IMG/VR virus record: IMGVR_UViG_3300048579_000117
Coordinates: 1-52,829 of that record
DNA length: 52,829 nucleotides
From: a virus
Reading direction: 5' to 3' (one strand)
Within the stretch, counting starts at the first letter, position 1. The number at the start of each line of letters is the position of its first letter. Both the position numbers and the translations under genes were made by a program. Shown here piece after piece: positions 49,801 to 52,829 of the stretch. The notes beneath the pieces are model-generated. The model saw only the letters and a list, made by a program, of their open reading frames with translations. It did no database searches and was not told the DNA's origin.

Positions 49801-50171
49801 TGGGCGAACTGCCGAAGAAGGCCACCGGCGGCAAGCTGCGCGGGCCCGGTACCGGCACGTCGGACAGCATCCTGATGTGGGGCAGCAACGGCGAATGGAT
49901 GATCCGCCAGCGCGCGGCCCAGTACTACGGCGACGGCTTCATGCGCGCCATCAACAACATGGAACTGCCGCGCTACGCCATGGGCGGCGCCATCGGTGAC
50001 AGCGCCGCGCGGGCGACGTCGAGCCTTTCGGGCGCGGTGCAAGACAGGGCCATGCAGCCGGCCTTCTTCAACATCCCCGGCGTCGGCCAGGTGCCGGTGC
50101 AGATCGACCGCGCAACCTCGCGCAACCTCGAAAAGAAACTGCGCCGCGAAGCGCTGAAAGTGGGGCGGTGA
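46899..50171 (+). CDS. Tape measure protein (1090 aa)
   Basis: Longest tail ORF. Ala-rich and helical. Four N-terminal repeats of about 67 aa. Hydrophobic central segment. C-terminal GTGTSDSILMWGSNGEWMI motif. Confidence 0.9.
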   Translation: MAALNKDVSLTLAFKTLGIRDVKSVAGDLKAVRSALDEIKSSGAAPEEIARATAAAQKQTAALRRELERTPASVSALSQAMGALKIRSVADIRADIAAVNTELARVKQNANSPLDIVRATAAAEKQVAALRRELGLAPKSIADVSSAFAALNVRSFKDIRTDIEATNAALERVRRSGAAPDELARATAAAQQRVAKLTAELQGAVQRTRDLGGASAGLTNAYRTLNMRGPAELRREIMGVETALQRVKASAAGPAEIARVSAIAQQRVNELRAELNGVAAAGTNAGSSVAAQLAGVVSAAVAARAALSAVQSVIEKGLAAESLQVQFDFAFSGDVSRAGEELAWVRALVEELGLELETTARSYAKLAAASRGTALEGEATRDIFRAVASAATVMRLSTEQTEGALLAIQQMISKGNVQAEELRGQLGERIPGAFQIAARAIGVTTQELDGMLKKGEVVASDFLPKFAAELQRSVGGSLETASDSLGAQLNRITNRLTEFQQRIAASGVMDTVALQIENLLARIEEAAENGDLDAFAQKLSDVMSDAINIIAAVTDAAIALSSALEALAPVIAGLAVAKAAGALGLLNGSLLTMASAATSAGGAAALATTAVQGFLSVIGKGAALAVIGLSTQKILELVAAMREYSDVTEKLARDDQKFLSENKAVMEATAFAKDAVRLNSEQIAELSASERAAYEERLKSAAEYYRARSNLENRAAANSNVTPQSAIDAARDARAYENSLQELANINNRRVQLIQDFNARQAQAKDQVLATLKQKLGAQLKAYDDANKALEGARKRREQLAKSNDDFIAGIGQSRKPEREANTGDVQAQIARSRQALAGGNFEDAIRAGERAKSLISEIDKAGGSSADVLGYLAKQVKALQDQAAAGAEQAEQAKLSTIQDAINKLRTDAEWLKTISVGFDQAGAAASLETLVTTLQEKLKNNPIVLPVVTVPAGGSGADDKRTAEILGELPKKATGGKLRGPGTGTSDSILMWGSNGEWMIRQRAAQYYGDGFMRAINNMELPRYAMGGAIGDSAARATSSLSGAVQDRAMQPAFFNIPGVGQVPVQIDRATSRNLEKKLRREALKVGR

Positions 50172-50695
50172 TGTACGGCGGAAAAGCCTTCGAACTGGGG
50201 GGCGTCGTCGTGCCGATGACGGCCGCCCTCGGCCTGCAGCAGCAGGTAGCGGTAACCGGCGGCGCCTCGACGCGCCGCATGATGAACGGCGCCGCCATCA
50301 AGCAGACCCAGTGGCAGAAGCTGGCGATCACGCTCAGCGGCAACGGCTGGGCGCCGCTGGGGCTGGACTCGCTCGACTACTCCGGCCCGCTCACGCTCAA
50401 GTGCGGCTTGCCCCGCGCGATCCGCTCGCAAAGCACCTCGATCGCGCTGCCGGTTGGTCGCCGCACTGACACGGGGTATGAGCCATTCGCACGCGCCCAC
50501 ATGGCCGACGGCCGCGAGGTCGAAACCGCTGTTTCGATCGCAACACACACCGCGACCGTCACCGCCGTGTCGGGCGCCGTCGGTTATGCCGTCTGGTACT
50601 TCCCGCAGATCACCGTGATCGCCAGCCCGCCGGACGAAACCTTCGACCAGGAAGCCGCCGAGTGCTCGTGGTCGATTTCTGCTGAGGAACAGTAA
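50171..50695 (+). CDS. Minor/distal tail protein (174 aa)
   Basis: ATG 50171 shares 1 nt with the tape measure stop (GTG 50168 is also possible). Assigned by position. Confidence 0.7.
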   Translation: MYGGKAFELGGVVVPMTAALGLQQQVAVTGGASTRRMMNGAAIKQTQWQKLAITLSGNGWAPLGLDSLDYSGPLTLKCGLPRAIRSQSTSIALPVGRRTDTGYEPFARAHMADGREVETAVSIATHTATVTAVSGAVGYAVWYFPQITVIASPPDETFDQEAAECSWSISAEEQ

Positions 50696-51639
50696 TGCTT
50701 GCACTCGATCGGGTAGCAATGATCATCGACAGCATCGGCGATGACGAACTGCAATCAATGAGCGGGCCAGCTCCTGGCTACCGCGCAATCGGCCCCGTCG
50801 TCGCTTCCCTCGGGCTGTTTCTTCCGATCGGCATCTCGTACCGCATTGAGGACGGTGAGCAATGGGAACTGGGTGTCGGCCGGATCACGTCAGGCGGTTA
50901 TCTTGAGCGGACGAGGGTCACGTCGTCGTCAGCCTCGGGCGCGCTCATCGACATCGTCGGCGACCCGGACCCGGCAATCATGTACATCGTCGCGTGTGCG
51001 GTCTCAGCGCCGGCAGTGACGCCGCACGTGGAAGCGTGGTCACCGGCACTCGGCGCACAGGTCCGTGAGGACGTTGAAGGAGGCACCGCACTCGGGTCGA
51101 GCGCGCTGGTATTCCAAGAAGACGGCACGGCCATCGGCGCACTCGCCAGCACTTGGGCTATCGGCGCCACCGCGGTCGGAGCGCGCGCGCAGGGTAACGT
51201 GATGGAGTCGGTGTGCACGGGCTTTCCGGGTGTATCCGGAGTTAAATGGGCAGGCATCGTTACAACGACCAATGACGACCCGGCTCCGGCCCGGAGCGCG
51301 CGGGGCGTGGGCTTTGCCCCGCCGCCCGGCGCCATGCTGCTCGACATCCAGGTGGTCGCGCTACGCACCTCGCCGACGAACGCGCTGTACGCAGCGACCA
51401 TGAAAGCGGGCGTCATGCGCGTCTCTGGCCTTGCGCCAGTGATCGTCAACGCCACAACGCCCGAGGTTGTCGCCGCGAGTGCTGGCGTGACGTGCAGTAT
51501 CGGCATCGACGTCAACAGCGATCCTGTTGAGGTCGGTCGAGACCAAGAACTCGAAGGCGCGGTTGACGTGCTTGTGACCGGCGCCGCGGGTGAGCACTGG
51601 CAGTGGGCGGTGGTCATTCGCTCGGCGATGCGCGAGTAA
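50695..51639 (+). CDS. Tail protein (314 aa)
   Basis: TAATG coupling at both ends. Lies in the distal tail block. Confidence 0.7.
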   Translation: MLALDRVAMIIDSIGDDELQSMSGPAPGYRAIGPVVASLGLFLPIGISYRIEDGEQWELGVGRITSGGYLERTRVTSSSASGALIDIVGDPDPAIMYIVACAVSAPAVTPHVEAWSPALGAQVREDVEGGTALGSSALVFQEDGTAIGALASTWAIGATAVGARAQGNVMESVCTGFPGVSGVKWAGIVTTTNDDPAPARSARGVGFAPPPGAMLLDIQVVALRTSPTNALYAATMKAGVMRVSGLAPVIVNATTPEVVAASAGVTCSIGIDVNSDPVEVGRDQELEGAVDVLVTGAAGEHWQWAVVIRSAMRE

Positions 51640-52829
51640 TGTACGGACTGCATACATACGGGTCCGCGACTTACGGCTCGGGTCCGCTTGACGACAGTCC
51701 GCCGCCCAGCGGCGCTGCACTGACGCTGCCGCTGCGCATCACCGTCGTCGAGGCCGAATCGATCACGCTCCCACTGCGCATCACGCGCGTGCAGTCGCGC
51801 TCGTTCGCGTTGCCGTTGCGCATCAGTGTGGTCGAAGAGATCGACGTCGCGCTGCCGCTGATCATCACCGTGCAGTCGTCGACCATCGCGAGCCCGAACC
51901 GCTGGCGGCCCGTCGTCACACTGGGCGGCGTGGATGTCAGCGCGCGGCTGACGGGCGAGATCCGCATCGAGGCGGCCGAGGGCGAGGCGCGCGTCGCGTC
52001 TTTCGTGATGAAGCCGGCGCCTGGCCCGCTCACGCTGCCCGACTGGACCGGCGCAGCAGTCACCATCGACATCGCGCAGCAGGACACCGCCGGCAACGCC
52101 ATCGACGCGCGCCGCCTCTTCACGGGCGTGGTCGACGTGCCGGATCTGGACCTGACCGAACGGCTGGTGTCGTTCGAATGCACCGACCAGTTGCAGCAGG
52201 TGGTGCGCAGCCTGCCGCGCGAGTGGGTCGATACGAACGTCGGTGGCCACTACAGCGAGGCGGTCAGCGGCGAATCGTCCGACATGCTGCAGTACGCCGA
52301 CGCCCGGCTCGCCAGCGTGCCTGCTGCGCTCGATCTGGACCCCTACCAGGCCGCGCGCGTCACGCCGTGGAACATCGATGCCGCCCCGGTGCTGGTGCTG
52401 ACAGAGGCTGACATTCTGGACGGCTCGTTGCGCGTCGAGTTGGCCGGCCGCGCCAACATCCGCAACGAGATCGAGACGGTGCTGCAGTACCGGTTCCCGC
52501 GCCTGCGCGCCCGCGTCGTGTCGGTCAATTTCGAACGCACGATCAATCAGTACACGTCGCAGGGCCTGGACATCCCGAACCGCGACATGATCGAGCAGGC
52601 GCTGTCCAGCATGAGCGGGTGGCAGCTGCTCGGCGAAATCAACATGGTGCCGGTCGATCCGGGGCAGTACGAATCGTCAGGCAGCGGCGGCACGGTTTTC
52701 ACGTCCATCAGCGTGACCGACGCGCCGCAGCTTGCGCTCGGCTTCGCCGCCCGATTCGCGAGCCGTTGGGTGCAGTGGGTGACCGAGGAATACCGGCTTA
52801 AGGTCTCGGCGCAGGCCTCGATCGACGCG
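51639..52829 (+). CDS. Tail-tip/baseplate-like protein, N-terminal part (no stop in the window; continues at 128..865)
   Basis: ATG 51639 overlaps the upstream TAA. 397 complete codons run to the window end. Four LPLRI-type 13-aa repeats near the N-terminus. RLFTGVVD-type hub/Dit-like motif. Confidence 0.8.
   Translation, partial: MYGLHTYGSATYGSGPLDDSPPPSGAALTLPLRITVVEAESITLPLRITRVQSRSFALPLRISVVEEIDVALPLIITVQSSTIASPNRWRPVVTLGGVDVSARLTGEIRIEAAEGEARVASFVMKPAPGPLTLPDWTGAAVTIDIAQQDTAGNAIDARRLFTGVVDVPDLDLTERLVSFECTDQLQQVVRSLPREWVDTNVGGHYSEAVSGESSDMLQYADARLASVPAALDLDPYQAARVTPWNIDAAPVLVLTEADILDGSLRVELAGRANIRNEIETVLQYRFPRLRARVVSVNFERTINQYTSQGLDIPNRDMIEQALSSMSGWQLLGEINMVPVDPGQYESSGSGGTVFTSISVTDAPQLALGFAARFASRWVQWVTEEYRLKVSAQASIDA
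52703..52829. repeat. Terminal 127 bp identical to 1..127
   Basis: Exact identity read directly from the sequence. Confidence 0.95.

Noticed and set aside
1-52829. Diversity-generating retroelement, retron or other reverse-transcriptase-based system (suggested by the repeat-rich tail fibre genes)
   Set aside because: No ORF with reverse-transcriptase motifs (YxDD) was seen in any frame. The fibre repeats are degenerate protein-level repeats, not a template/variable repeat pair.

Overview
The window is a complete, circularly closed genome of about 52.7 kb from a high-GC temperate siphovirus. Bases 1-127 are identical to 52703-52829, and one tail gene spans that junction. The host is probably a high-GC proteobacterium, perhaps Burkholderiales-like; this is inference from composition and the tRNA-Pro fragment only.

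Modules in window order:
- Distal tail and receptor-binding genes (51639 through the junction to 3099).
- Lysis cassette: pinholin-like holin, SAR GH24 endolysin, an extra DUF6527-like gene, and embedded Rz/Rz1 spanins (3109-4700).
- Plasmid-like accessory island with a DUF932 protein, a KorA/TrfB-like repressor and a duplicated AT-rich promoter-operator (4884-8660).
- attP carrying the 3' part of tRNA-Pro(GGG), flanked by 17-bp arm repeats, next to int and xis (8673-10403).
- A leftward early operon of about 30 translationally coupled genes (10400-23255). It carries an oversized C5 DNA methyltransferase, a DUF4406 protein, a two-domain dNTP pyrophosphohydrolase, an N6-methylase-like protein with no catalytic motif, a Gp37/Gp68 protein, a DUF2303 protein and a possible Acb2-like sponge.
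- A lambda-style immunity region with cI-like and cro-like genes, 13-bp palindromic operators and a zinc-ribbon membrane protein in the rex position (23316-24873).
- Replication genes, including a P4-alpha-like primase-helicase (25122-29065).
- A 12-iteron array (29073-29339).
- A lambda-like packaging and head module: Nu1-like terS, GpA-like terL, gpW, portal, S49 protease with nested scaffold, decoration protein and E-type capsid protein.
- Tail genes with a programmed -1 frameshift chaperone and a tape measure protein.

The most unusual items are these. A ParB-like / beta-class methyltransferase / SplB-like radical-SAM trio separates terS from terL. The KorA-regulated accessory island has conserved leaders and a small membrane-peptide unit. 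The early operon holds a nucleotide-pool and DNA-modification cluster. A 1022-aa esterase fibre carries about twenty 14-residue Trp repeats.

All functional calls come from motifs read by eye. No database search was run.
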